DNA of 64,000 nucleotides from Folioceros fuciformis. Taxonomy: Eukaryota. Under the pieces are notes generated by a model. That model was not told the DNA's origin. It made no database searches and was given only the letters and a program-made list of their open reading frames with translations. Shown here in pieces: positions 33,725-45,485 of the stretch. Where the stretch lies: NCBI GenBank assembly GCA_049999805.1, contig JBNGIO010006283.1, forward strand, positions 234,742 through 298,741. The letters are read 5' to 3'. Each line of letters begins with the position of its first letter. Positions within the stretch are counted from its first letter, which is position 1. A program made the translations under genes and the position numbers.

Positions 33725-36700
33725 GTGGTGGCGTATGAAACAGATACAGAGGTGGGAACCTGGAGAAACAGCGAAAAGGGGCAGCTGAGCTACGCTGTTG
33801 AAGCATTGGGCCTCCTTGTCCAGCAGGGGTCTTATGTCTCCCCACTTGTCTTTTACGAAGTTTTCAGGAGATCGAGAGCCAAGAAGGAACTGGTGGTGGG
33901 ACGATATATTCATGCTCTTGTTCTCAAGAGTGGGTATGAGTCAAACAAGCTCCTGGCCAACCACATCATCCGCATGTATGCGTCTCATGCGAGGTTGCAG
34001 GAAGTGCTGCAAGTATTTTCCAAAGTGGTTGCACCAAACGCTCACGTGTGGGCATCGTTCATCTTGGCGCATGCTGAACATGGGCATCCGATGCAGGCAA
34101 TAAAACTGTACTGGCAGATGCGACGGTCTGGGGTCCTACCGGATAACCACATCTTTGTGGCTGTTCTGAAAGCATGTGCCAGGGCAGCAGATTTGACTTC
34201 AGGAAGGCAGCTGCATGCGGAGGTGTTGAGAGGTACAACTGAGCCGGATGTGTTTGTTGGGAGCTGCCTGGTGGACATGTATGCGAAATGCGGGAGCTTA
34301 GACGATGCCCGGAGAGTCTTTGACAGCCTAGCCACGAGGAATGTTGTGACATGGACTGCCATGGTTTCTGGATATTCTCAGCATGGACTTGGGCACGAAG
34401 CTCTGATTCTGTACGCAGCTATGCACCAGGAGGACATCACTCCAGCTGACCACGTGATATTTATGTGCCTGCTGAAAGCATGTGCCAGCGTTGGCGCCCT
34501 ACGAGAAGGGAAACAGCTGCATTGCCAGATTCTGGAAAGATGCTTGGATGAAGATCCAGTGATGGGCAGCTCCTTGGTAGACATGTACGCCAAATGTGGG
34601 AGCCTGGATGATGCCCGCAAGGTTTTCGACAGCTTAGCCTCCAGGAACGTGATCACATGGAATGCGATGCTTGCAGGATATGCTGAGCACGGGCTTGCCG
34701 ATGAAGTTCTCTCCCTTTATGATACCATGCAGCAAGGAGGCATCACTACCCCTGACAGTGTCACATTCATGTGCCTCCTGAATGCATGTGCCAGTATTGG
34801 AGCCACAGGTGTAGGCAAGGAGATGCATTCACAGATCCAAGAGCAAGGACTGGACATCGACGACGTTCTTGGTAGCTGCCTGGTGGACATGTATGCAAAA
34901 TGCGGGAGCTTGACTGATGCCCGCCATGTGTTTGACAGTCTAGCCTCAAGGAATGTGGTGGCCTGGAACACGTTGCTGACAGGATATGCTCAGCATGGCC
35001 TCGGGCGCGAGGCCCTCAGCCTGTATCAACGTATGCAAGAGGAGGGCGTCCCTCCTGGTGAAATCACATTTGTATGCCTTTTGAAATCATGTGCCAGCAT
35101 TAAGGCACTGCCTGAAGGTAAGCAACTTCATTGTCAAATTCAGGAAAGAGGGCTGGAGGCTGATGTGGTCATTGGCAGTTGCTTGCTGGACATGTATGCC
35201 AAATGCGGGAGCTTAGACGATGCCCGCAAGGTGTTCGACATGATGCCCACAAGGAATGTGGTTACATGGAATGTCATGCTCGCAGCATATGCCGAGCACG
35301 GACTGGCACAAGAATCTCTTACACTTTATACAGCAATGCAACAGGAGAGCATCACTCAACCTGACCACGGCACATTCGTCTGTCTCCTTAAAGCATGTGG
35401 CAGCACTGGAGCTCTACATCAGGGGCAGCAGCTCCACCGCCAGATACAAGACAGGGGCCTGGACTCCGATCTCGTCATCAGTAACTCCCTGGTAGACATG
35501 TATGCAAAATGCTCGAGCGTCGAGGAAGCCCGCAAGGTGTTCGACAGCATGGTCACGAAGGACGTGGTAACATGGACAGTTCTGCTGGGAGGATATGTGG
35601 GGCACGGGCTGGGTCAAGAGGCCCTTCATCTTTATAAAACCATGGAGCAGGAGGGCATCGCTCTGGCTGATCATGTTACATTTGTCTTCCTCCTGAAGGC
35701 ATGTGCCACCATCGGAGCTCTGCATCAGGGGAGGCAGCTGCATGCCCTGGTTCAGGAAAAAGGCTTGGAAGGCAACGTGGTTGTGGGCAGCTGCCTGGTG
35801 GACATGTACACCAAATGCGGGAGCATTGACGATGCACGCCGAGTGTTTGACAATCTTGCGATCAAGGACGCTGTAACCTGGACTGCCATGATCGCAGGAT
35901 ATGCCGAGAACGAGCTCGGAGAAGAAGCCCTGGCTGTGTATTACAGTATGCTGCAGGAGGGGGAATGGCCAGCTGATCGTGTCACATTCGTTTGCCTGCT
36001 GAAGGCGTGTGCCAGCATTGCAGCCTTGGAGCCAGGTAGGCAGCTCCATGCCAGGATTGAGGAGGTGGGGTTGGGCGCTGACGTAGTTGTTGGGAACTGT
36101 CTTGTGGACATGTATGCTAAGTGCGGAAGCTTAGACGACGCCAGGTTGGTGTTTGAGAGTTTACCCACGCGGAATGTGGTGACCTGGAACGCCATGCTTG
36201 CAGGATACGCCGATCAGGGGCTCGGTGACAAGGCTCTCGACCTGTATGCACGTATGCAGGCTGAGGGACTCACTGCCGCGGATGCTGTCACATTCGTGTG
36301 CCTGCTCACTGCATGCTCCAGCACCGGAGCCCTTGGTTTGGGCAAGGAGCTCCATGCTCAGATTCGGGGACGAGGGCTGGAAGCCGATGTGGTTGTGGGA
36401 AGCTGCCTGGTAGACATGTATGCCAAATGCGGGAGCTTGGAAGATGCCCGCATTGTGTTTGACAGCTTGGGTAGCAGAAATGTGGTCACCTGGACTGCCA
36501 TGATCACAGCATACGCTCAGCACGGGCTTGGTGCAAAGGCCTTACAGTGCTTTGAAGAGATGCGGCTGGCTGGGGTGAAACCCAACGAGGTGACATATCT
36601 CTCGCTCCTCTCTGCATGCAGCCATGGTGGGCTGGTGGACCAAGGTGTGGAGTTCTTCACATCCATGAGCAGGGAGCATGGTTTCACTCCCAGTATTGAG

Positions 36701-37081
36701 CATTACGTGAGTATGATAGACCTCTTCGGCCGCGCTGGATGCTTCGCAAGAGTGCAGGACTTGCTGTCAACCATGCCCATGCCGCCTGATCTGGCTACCT
36801 GGTTGTGTATCCTGGCTGCGTGCCGGAATCACGGCAACGCGGAGCTGGCTGAGAAAGCCTTCAATGGAGCAGTTCTTCTGCAGCCCAATCACCCTGCTGC
36901 ATATGTATTGATGTCGCACATATATGCAGATGCTGGCCACTTGCATCGTGCAAACGAGGTGGAGAGGCTGAGGAAGGAGAGAAAAGCCTGGAAAGAGCCA
37001 GGGCGCAGCTGGATTGGTCATGAGTGGGACGCTCAAGCGTTTCTTGTCGGGAGTGCCCTCTCTCAGAATGCATTAACATGA
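33725..37081 (+). CDS. PLS-E class PPR protein; start codon unresolved, upstream exon likely
   Basis: Regular P-L-S triplets (LVDMYAKCGSLDDARKVFD, RNVVTW), then E1/E2 and PG box PGRSWIGH, ending without DYW. Confidence 0.92.
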   Translation: MVAYETDTEVGTWRNSEKGQLSYAVEALGLLVQQGSYVSPLVFYEVFRRSRAKKELVVGRYIHALVLKSGYESNKLLANHIIRMYASHARLQEVLQVFSKVVAPNAHVWASFILAHAEHGHPMQAIKLYWQMRRSGVLPDNHIFVAVLKACARAADLTSGRQLHAEVLRGTTEPDVFVGSCLVDMYAKCGSLDDARRVFDSLATRNVVTWTAMVSGYSQHGLGHEALILYAAMHQEDITPADHVIFMCLLKACASVGALREGKQLHCQILERCLDEDPVMGSSLVDMYAKCGSLDDARKVFDSLASRNVITWNAMLAGYAEHGLADEVLSLYDTMQQGGITTPDSVTFMCLLNACASIGATGVGKEMHSQIQEQGLDIDDVLGSCLVDMYAKCGSLTDARHVFDSLASRNVVAWNTLLTGYAQHGLGREALSLYQRMQEEGVPPGEITFVCLLKSCASIKALPEGKQLHCQIQERGLEADVVIGSCLLDMYAKCGSLDDARKVFDMMPTRNVVTWNVMLAAYAEHGLAQESLTLYTAMQQESITQPDHGTFVCLLKACGSTGALHQGQQLHRQIQDRGLDSDLVISNSLVDMYAKCSSVEEARKVFDSMVTKDVVTWTVLLGGYVGHGLGQEALHLYKTMEQEGIALADHVTFVFLLKACATIGALHQGRQLHALVQEKGLEGNVVVGSCLVDMYTKCGSIDDARRVFDNLAIKDAVTWTAMIAGYAENELGEEALAVYYSMLQEGEWPADRVTFVCLLKACASIAALEPGRQLHARIEEVGLGADVVVGNCLVDMYAKCGSLDDARLVFESLPTRNVVTWNAMLAGYADQGLGDKALDLYARMQAEGLTAADAVTFVCLLTACSSTGALGLGKELHAQIRGRGLEADVVVGSCLVDMYAKCGSLEDARIVFDSLGSRNVVTWTAMITAYAQHGLGAKALQCFEEMRLAGVKPNEVTYLSLLSACSHGGLVDQGVEFFTSMSREHGFTPSIEHYVSMIDLFGRAGCFARVQDLLSTMPMPPDLATWLCILAACRNHGNAELAEKAFNGAVLLQPNHPAAYVLMSHIYADAGHLHRANEVERLRKERKAWKEPGRSWIGHEWDAQAFLVGSALSQNALT

Positions 37082-37580
37082 ATATTACCACGTACAGTAC
37101 ATCTTACCGTCCACTGCGGTGTATAGCTTGCAACCCTGTCAACCGTCCCGTCCCTCCAAAGCAAACTGTCCCTCTACAGTCTACTCTGCCCCTTCTATAT
37201 GGCAGGGCCCAAAGGACATGTTCCGCTGTGGATAGCCTGTGGTCCACAACACGTTGAGAAGTTGGAAACATTGAAAGGCCACAACCCCCCTTCACCATGC
37301 AACCTCACGCTTACGCAGAGGCTGCACCAGACCACCACCTCGTTCGAGGTGCTAGAGGTCTCAGAGACCGCATAAATAAAGGGGGCATGCAGGCTGACGC
37401 TAGTTCTACCATAGCGAGACAAAAAATTAAATTCGCATTCAGCGCTGCTGATCAACGTCCCAATCTCTCTCTCCCGCAACACGAATCTCTCACTACAGGG
37501 GTATCTTCACAGGTGGCCAGGTGGCGAGTCCAAAATTCTCGGGTAAGCGCTGTGCACCATACTCAAGTACACAACAAATG

Positions 37581-39073
37581 TCAAGGCAGAGCCTGGTCCA
37601 TGACAGGTAGCCGATAGTGGAGAGTGATTGAACTATCCATCTGTCGAGTTCCCGGAATGAAGTACTGAAACATCATGAGAAAGCTCGTGTCGTTGGGCGA
37701 AATCCCTGTCAAAGAAGACAGGATGAGTCAACTTTCAGAGACTGGTGCAAATGAAAACTCTGCAGCACGCTCACCGCAGAATGTAGCATCTGGCTTCGTA
37801 AGGTGGCACTGAAGGCTTTTAACGAAATGCTTCATACCCACTTGCTGCAAAGAACAGGAACGACATTATTGATATTGCCATTCATAACCTCCTAGCTAGC
37901 ACGACAGCAAGACGAGACGTACCACACATGATGCCTCGGATCTGTTCAGAGCTTGCTCAAGCCTTACACGAGGACTCTGATCAGCATCCAAAGAGGGGTC
38001 CTCAGCTGCAAGCACAGCCAAGGTCCATCAACACGGCGTACTGGAGATGAAATTCTGGAGCTTTCTTGGCAAAATGTTTACCACGGCTTCCAAGCACCCG
38101 CAACTTTCTGTATTCTGTTCCCAGAGACACCAAAGTAGTGGACACATGTAGGTGGAGATCCCCATACTGGGTCACTGCCACTTCAAGCACCTCTCCAACG
38201 TTTTTCAGACGTTCCACCAGGGCTTGGAGCTGCACAAGATCAGGAACTTGTACAAGTGTCTGCAGTAAACAAGACAATAATAGGCAGGTAAGGAAAATAG
38301 CGAATTACAAGTTCCAACAAGTGGCTGTAGTCTTACCCGTGGCAAGTCCTGGGCCCTGTCAAGGGTTGACTGAAGCTCCTGAACGTCCATCCGATTCAAG
38401 GGCTGAGATATTGGGACATCTTGAATTACTGCCGACCGATGACCCTGAGACCAAGGACTCTCAGAGGGTCACGAATCAGGACAGTTGGCTGTTCAGAACA
38501 GAAGAATCAATACAACCATACCTTGCTTTCAAAAGTCAAGTAAGGCATCGGCCTCTCAGTGATTGAAGGCCGCTTTTTCACCAGTTTCACCTGCAGTTTC
38601 TCCGCGTCCATGCTGACGCTACTTCTAAGAGCTTTGGACAGCAAAGCCAAGTCCACGGTGAACGCAATGCGGTCATCATTCTGACTGGAAATGCGGTAGT
38701 CGTCGAATACAGCTTCCTGATTCCAAAAACAGAAACAACTCGATTGCCCACGCTGATCTGTATGTATCCCTTCAGAAACAGTCGATGGCAAGAATGGTTA
38801 CCTTGTTAAACTGCGCAACAGCCTGCACTCCGTCCGCGTTCAAGACGTTGTGTAACATGATCAAGTGTTCCCTTGTAAGATAAACGTGGCATGTCCTCCC
38901 GATCTTCTCAAATGCAGGCACAAAACCTGCCCGTATTCTCGGCGTCAGAACCAGACTCGTGAACACCGAGCATCACCTTTGTGGCATCATCACACTTTGC
39001 AACAGAGAGGAAGAAGCTTACGGCGTTCTAGAAGAGAGACGCCATAGTCGCTTAGTATCGCCTTGAACTTCAT
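37581..39073 (-). CDS. HUS1: Checkpoint clamp (9-1-1) subunit HUS1, multi-exon
   Basis: MKFKAILSDYGVSLLERR|FVPAFEKIGRTCH..DGVQAVAQF|FDDYRISSQNDDRIAF..LQVKLVKK..PYLTFESK, GDLHLHVSTTLVSLGTEY, ending FQYFIPGTRQMDSSITLHYRLPVMDQALP*. Confidence 0.92.
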
Positions 39074-39467
39074 AGTCGCTGAACAAGGGAGAATGCTCCT
39101 CTTGGCAGGAAGACAAGACAATTAGGGTTCCCGAGTTCTGACGGGCAGCATTGTACGCGAAGTCCTCGATTCTGTCACCGATGCAGCAGAAGCCAGACGC
39201 AGAAAGTCGGCTTGTTGAGACACATGGTCAATGTACATCGTCTCCATAGACGAATGCCATGCATGAAATCCATGCACGAACATACTCATCATGGAGTCAC
39301 ATTCAAGGATTCGAACATCAACCATCAAAAACATCTGTACAAAATGAAGACTACCAGAAAAATGTGAAAGGCAAGTGAGTCAACCTACATAGACAAATCT
39401 CCTGCAGTCCAGGAAGATGATATAAGAGCTTCCGCTGATATAAATGGTTCTTGCAACTCTGGCAGAG

Positions 39468-40262
39468 CTAACTGAAAGAGCTCCCTCCAATCCCAGCAAT
39501 TGATGGAGCAGCAGACCCGCTTGACACAGGAGATGCGGGTGTTGGAGATTTATTGCAAAACTGGTTAGGTATGATTGGGACGAGATAATTGCCAAACTGA
39601 GATTCACAGTTCTTGAAACTCGAAGTAGCACCAGATGTCTGTGCTTTCACCCAGGCAGTTCGCCTGGCTTGCTGCAACCTTAGCTCCTCACCATGCTTTG
39701 GTGCAACCACAGGATGTTCATGTTGCCGCCGAGCACCCTGTTGAACAACTATCCAAGTTCAGGCATTGAGTGCTGCACCTCCAATTTGACAAAGCTACTA
39801 CCTGCAAGAACCTGCAGCCCTCACCGTATCAAATTTCTCCCATTTGTCCCTGAAGTGCTCGGTATGACTTACAGATGCAGCCGGCTGCTTTTGATTTGCC
39901 GCACTTGACTTTGTTCCAGCTTGAGCAGCTTTCACTCCCTTCCCCTCTCTATGCTCTCCCCGGTGCTGTCCTTTCGCACTCCTCTACAGGCAATCCGCGT
40001 TCACATAGGTACAATATTTGCTAGCCTCGAGCAGCTTGCAAGGAATATTACACAGAAATCGCTTACCGCGTCTGAACTGCTTCTGGATTTCCCACCCTTC
40101 TCCTTCACCGCGGGTACTTCCCACTCCTTCGAGTCCTTGCTCAGATCAGACAACTCCTGCGAGCACATCACAATGCATCAATGAGGAACGGCATAAAATA
40201 TCCACGGCAGGCGGAAGACGAGCGCACACCGCAGGAGCCTTAGGCGAGCCCTCGGACGCCAT
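39468..40262 (-). other. Small spliced gene of unknown function, possibly disabled
   Basis: ATG at 40262 and three GT-AG intron candidates. Last exon reads ELRLQQARRTAWVKAQTSGATSSFKNCESQFGNYLVPIIP. The penultimate exon frame that splices to it contains TGA (ESIERGRE*KLLKLEQK). Confidence 0.45.
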
Positions 40263-40627
40263 CGCTGGCGCAAGCTCTGTTGCAAACTGGACATGTGAAT
40301 ATCTTCCCGTTCCGTTTCTGGAAGGAGTGTCAGCACGGAACGGGACAACGGAGAACGGGTTAACTGGAAACGGAACAGCGCAGAAAACGATGTGCAGCGC
40401 ACCAAATGCGAAATAAACGGCACCAGTTCCGAAAGTGGCCGGGGCCGCCCCTTCCTTTAGGGCACACGCGTAGATGAACCCGTTGCCATCTTTCTTCTTA
40501 CCTCAGTGTGCTCAGTCTCAGCTCAGCTCAGCTCAGCGTCGCTCAGCTCATTTCAGAGCGAGCGCAACGCAGGTGTCTTCGTCCGGGCTTTGCAGTGCTG
40601 TGCGAGGCTGCAGCGGCGGTATCAGCC

Positions 40628-42054
40628 ATGGCGGACTACCGGCAGTCTCGTCACTTCGTGACGCAGTTCTCCTCGCAGACCTACCTCGGCACCAAGTTGT
40701 TGCACCAGAGGCCCGCCGCCTCGTTTGCCGAGAACGGGTTGGGAGCGGCCGCTGCTTTCCCTCGCACCAGCACTGACTGCACTGCCTTGTGCCCGCTGGA
40801 GGTGTTCCAGGGCCCTAGCATGGGGAACTCTTCAGTTTCTTCCCCGATCTTCGTTGCTGCGGGTAGCGAAAAGCCAGCAGGCACCTTCGTGGCCGACTTC
40901 CTCATGGGAGGAGTGTCTGCGGCTGTGTCGAAGACTGCAGCCGCTCCCATCGAGCGTGTGAAGCTCCTCATCCAAAATCAGGATGAGATGATCAAGAGTG
41001 GACGCCTTTCCAGGCCGTACGACGGCATCGGTGAGTGCTTCAAGCGGACGATCAGCGAGGAAGGTTTTGTTGCCCTGTGGAGAGGAAATCTGGCCAACGT
41101 GCTTCGGTATTTCCCCACTCAGGTATGCTGCAGGTTTACCATGCTCTTCGGTGCCGGATCTGACTTGCATGGCTTGTGGATCTGACCCATGTTCGCTCTT
41201 ACTGGCGATCCATCTGCTTTTCGGATGTCGTCCTCTGCCTTCATCCTTGGAATGGATTTTCCTGTGCAGGCCTTGAACATCGCGTTCAAGGAACGTTTCA
41301 AGAAGATGTTCGGTTACAGGAAGGACAAGGACGGGTACTGGAAGTGGTTCGCAGGCAACTTGGCGTCCGGTGGTGCTGCCGGTGCCTCGTCCCTTTTGTT
41401 TGTGTACTCTCTGGATTATGCTCGTACTCGTCTGGCTAATGATAACAAGTCCGCAAAGAAAGGAGGAGAGCGGCAATTCAAGGGCCTCCTGGACGTTTAT
41501 CGTCAGACTCTCAAGTCCGATGGAATTGCTGGCCTTTACCGTGGTTTCAACATCTCTTGTGCTGGTATCATTGTGTATCGCGGCCTTTACTTCGGCATGT
41601 ACGACTCCCTGAAGCCTGTGGTTCTGGTTGGACCTCTCGAGGTATGTGTGGTCTGTTTTTGTTACTGTATCTGAGAGTCACCATGTCTCCGCGACACCCA
41701 ATGTGGGGGATTGCACAAGCTTTGGCTCATTATTTCATTTGGTTTGGTTTGTTCCAGGGAAATTTCCTCGCGAGTTTCCTCCTTGGATGGGCCATCACAA
41801 TTGGTGCAGGACTCTCCTCGTACCCTCTGGACACCGTTCGTCGTCGCATGATGATGACTTCGGGAGAGGCAGTCAAGTATAACAGCTCACTGCATGCGTT
41901 CAGGGAGATCATCAAGAAGGAAGGCACCAAGTCTCTCTTCAAGGGCGCAGGAGCAAACATTCTGCGGGCTGTTGCTGGCGCTGGTGTGCTGGCAGGTTAT
42001 GACCAGATGCAGATCATCTTCTTCGGCAAGGCCTACAGCGGCGGTGGTGGTTAA
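40628..42054 (+). CDS. AAC: Mitochondrial ADP/ATP carrier, copy 1, 3 exons
   Basis: [74 protein letters not shown] signature. Confidence 0.96.
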
Positions 42055-43190
42055 TTTCTTTCGACTCTCGTATGACGACGAAACAGTCCAGTTGAATAAG
42101 GTCCTGGGAGTTGAGAACTCCCAAATTTTTTTTGTCTCGCAAGATTCTTAATTCGGCAGTTGGTGTAGGTTAGACTCAGAGATTGGAACTGTCTCGAATG
42201 CCACTTTTAACTCTGGCGTGGCTCTGGGCCCTGCGCCTTATTGAGGTGCGCACCTTGGTCGGTAGCAATACTTGGGAAAAGTCACCTCACCGAAACCTTC
42301 TGAAGTTGCCTTCGTGTCCATGGGGGTAGATAGACGGACGGATGATCCGTATGGGGCCTGTGGTCTGAAGGAGGGGAACTTTCTCAAACTAGTATCACAC
42401 GCTGTCCTGGGACTCGGACTTCCGTGCAGCGCGTTGGGTTTCAACGCGATGCACCGATAAAGTCAATGGGTCGTGAAATGGCTAGCCATAACGTGATTCT
42501 AAATGCAAGGCTGGAATTGGCAGGCACAACTGAAATGCCGTAAGACGGGGAGGGGGTGTATGGGTACGTGCCACTTCCTCCCCGTGGCCACCAGCGTTCC
42601 TAAATTTTCGTAATTTATGTGTATTTAGCGAAGGGAGTAATTTATTGCGAAAGAAAAGTGAAAACTTAATTTTTGTACTGGGGATGGGAAAATTATATAA
42701 GATATTTTGATTTCAATAATAGGTATAAAAATGGTGGATAATAAAAACACCATTTCATAGAATGGTCCTGTCCCCGGGTTTAGAGTTGACACTACCTATA
42801 GGTCCTATGCATTGCAATATGCTTTCTTCCGTCCTTCCTGGGTTGAAACACAAGCCTTTGTGTTTCAACCCAACCCCACATGTTCCTAAGTACCCGACTC
42901 ACCAACAGGGTCAGATTTGCGCACTCACCTACCAAGGTACAGGAACACAAAGTCTGATTGGGGAGTGGCAAGGAAGTTGCCGAGCAGCCCAGCGGCAGGC
43001 AGCGCCAGAGACAGGAAATGGAACAGGCGTGTTGCACTACACATTTGCGAGGCTCCTGTGAATTCAGCTGCATGACATCTGCCCCCCCCAGTCTTCTCGG
43101 TCTCGGTTCCCAGCAAGCGCAGAGCACGCTACCATTCATCGATATAAGGGCTCTGCAGCGTTTTGCCAGGCCACAACAGCGGCATCAGCC

Positions 43191-44675
43191 ATGGCGGACG
43201 ACCAGAAGACTCTTGATTTCGTGGCGCAATTCTGTACGCGGACCTGTCTCGGCACCAAGCTGAGGTATCACAGCTGGCCCGCCGCCTCCTTCTCAAACAA
43301 CGGCTTTGGTGCGGCCTCTTCTTTCCCTCGCATCAGCACAGACTGCACTGCCTTGTGTCCGATGGACATGTTACAGGGCCATCACTTGTGCATGGGAAAG
43401 TATGCGACTTCTTCGGCCCCGATCTTCGTTGCTGCGGCCAGCGAAAAGCCACCTGCTTCGAGCTTTGTGGCTGACTTCCTCATGGGAGGAGTGTCTGCGG
43501 CTGTGTCCAAGACTACAGCTGCTCCTATCGAGCGTGTGAAGCTCCTTCTCCAGAATCAGGGTGAGCTGATCAAGAGTGGACGCCTTTCCAAGCGGTACGA
43601 CGGGATCGTTGACTGCTTCCAGCGGACGATCAAGGAGGAAGGTTTTCTTGCCCTGTGGAGATCAAATCTGACCAATGTGATTCGGTATTTCCCGACTCAG
43701 GTATGTCCTGCGTAGCTTACTTACCGTGTTCTTACTTTACTTCTTTGGTGCCAGATCTGACTCCGCATGCCACAGCTGACGCGTGCTCACTCTTGGAGGG
43801 GAATGTCGATCTATCTGCTTGTCATTCTGATGTGCTCCTGGTGTGTCGTGTGTATTACGCCAGCCTGGCCAGGCCTTGAGATACATTGTCTTGTGTAGGC
43901 CTTCAACATCGCTTTCAAGGAACGTTTCAAGAAGATGTTCGGCTACAGGAAGGACAAGGACGGGTACTGGAAGTGGTTCGCAGCCAACCTGGCCTCCGGT
44001 GGTGCTGCCGGTGCCTCGTCCCTTCTATTGACATACTCCCTGGATTATGCTCGTACTCGTCTGGCTAGTGACAACAAGTCAACAACAAAGGGAGGAGAGC
44101 GGCAATTCAAGGGCCTTGTAGACGTGTATCGCCAGACTCTCAAATCCGATGGCATTGCTGGCCTCTATCGTGGCTTCACCATCTCTTGTGCTGGTATCGT
44201 CGTGTATCGGGGCCTTTACTTCGGCATGTACGACTCCCTCAAACCTGTGGTTCTGGTTGGACCTCTCGAGGTATCGTTTTGCGTCTCTGAGATATCGTCT
44301 GTTTTGGCTTCACCTACTACGACAATGCGACTGCTTTTTCCTCCGCTCATTCATACCCGCAATTCTGTGTTGTTTCAGGGAAACTTCCTTGCCAGTTTCC
44401 TCCTGGGATGGGTTGTCACAAATGGTGCAGCACTCACCTCCTACCCTCTTGACACTGTTCGTCGTCGCATTATGATGACGTCGGGAGAGGCAGTCAAGTA
44501 CAACAGCTCACTGCATGCATTCAGGGAGATCATCGCGAAAGAAGGCGCCAAGTCTTTATTCAACGGTGCAGGAGCCAACGTCTTTCGAGGTGTTGCTGCT
44601 GCCGGTGTGTTGGCAGGCTATGACCGGCTGCAGCTCATCTTCTTCGGCAAGGTCTACAGTGACGGAGGCGGTTGA
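43191..44675 (+). CDS. AAC: Mitochondrial ADP/ATP carrier, tandem copy 2, 3 exons
   Basis: Same exon structure and high identity to copy 1, with similar 3' flank. Signature reads RRRIMM. Confidence 0.93.
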
Positions 44676-45074
44676 GTTATTCGGTCTCCCTCCATATAAC
44701 GACGAAACAGTCCACTAAGGTCCAGGCAAATTAGGACTCCAAATTTATTTCTGTTTGTAGATTCTTAATTCCACAGTTATTGTACGTTAGATACCATGGA
44801 ATACGTATACGGATATACGGTTTGCCATTAGGTTTTTTCAACCGTATTTTTTTAGGCGAATATTCCACGGAACTTTTTATGTACGTACGGATTTTAGGGA
44901 TCCACGTCACATCTCAACTGCATATAACGACTTTTTTTCTCTTCTATACTTACTTAAGTGGACCGATCAAGAAACTAAAAGAATCTTCCTTAGGCACTTC
45001 TTTCTTCCAAAGGCCATTCACAAAGTTTCTATGCAAAAGCTTCTTCCTATGTTTTTTTTGCCTCTTCAAACCAA

Positions 45075-45485
45075 CCACCATTCTTCCATGCTCAGCGGCC
45101 GATCCGACGACCATTCTTCCATGTTCAGTAGGCGAACCGATAGCTAATTTTGCACGCTGAGCGTGCGTGTACGCGTTTAAGGATTTCCCTTGCTCTCAGC
45201 GGAGGAACGAGTATTCGTGTACGGGTTTAAGGATTTCCCTTGCTTAGCAGAGGAACGAGTATTCGTTTGCACTTGCTCAGCAGGGGGGACGAGTATTGGT
45301 ATGCACTATCTCACTAAAGGATTTTAGGGTATGCACTATCTCACTAAAGGATTTTAGGGTTCAGTACCATAGCCAAGTAGAATGGGCTGAGGCTCATTCT
45401 AGTAGGTATCTTGCTTGATTTGCAGGGCTGAGGCCCATTCTAGTAGGTATCTTGCTTGATTTACAAAGCTGAGGGCCATTCTAGT
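45075..45485. repeat. Cluster of unrelated short tandem duplications (~33, ~50, 30 and 41 bp units)
   Basis: accattcttccatg.tcag x2; gtttaaggatttcccttgct..gaggaacgagtattcgt x2; ggtatgcactatctcactaaaggattttag x2; gctgaggc.cattctagtaggtatcttgcttgattt x2 plus a partial copy. Confidence 0.85.

Noticed and set aside
19174-37081. SUV3, pseudouridine synthase and two PPRs as an organellar RNA-metabolism cluster
   Set aside because: PLS PPR genes are very abundant in such genomes, so proximity alone is weak evidence.
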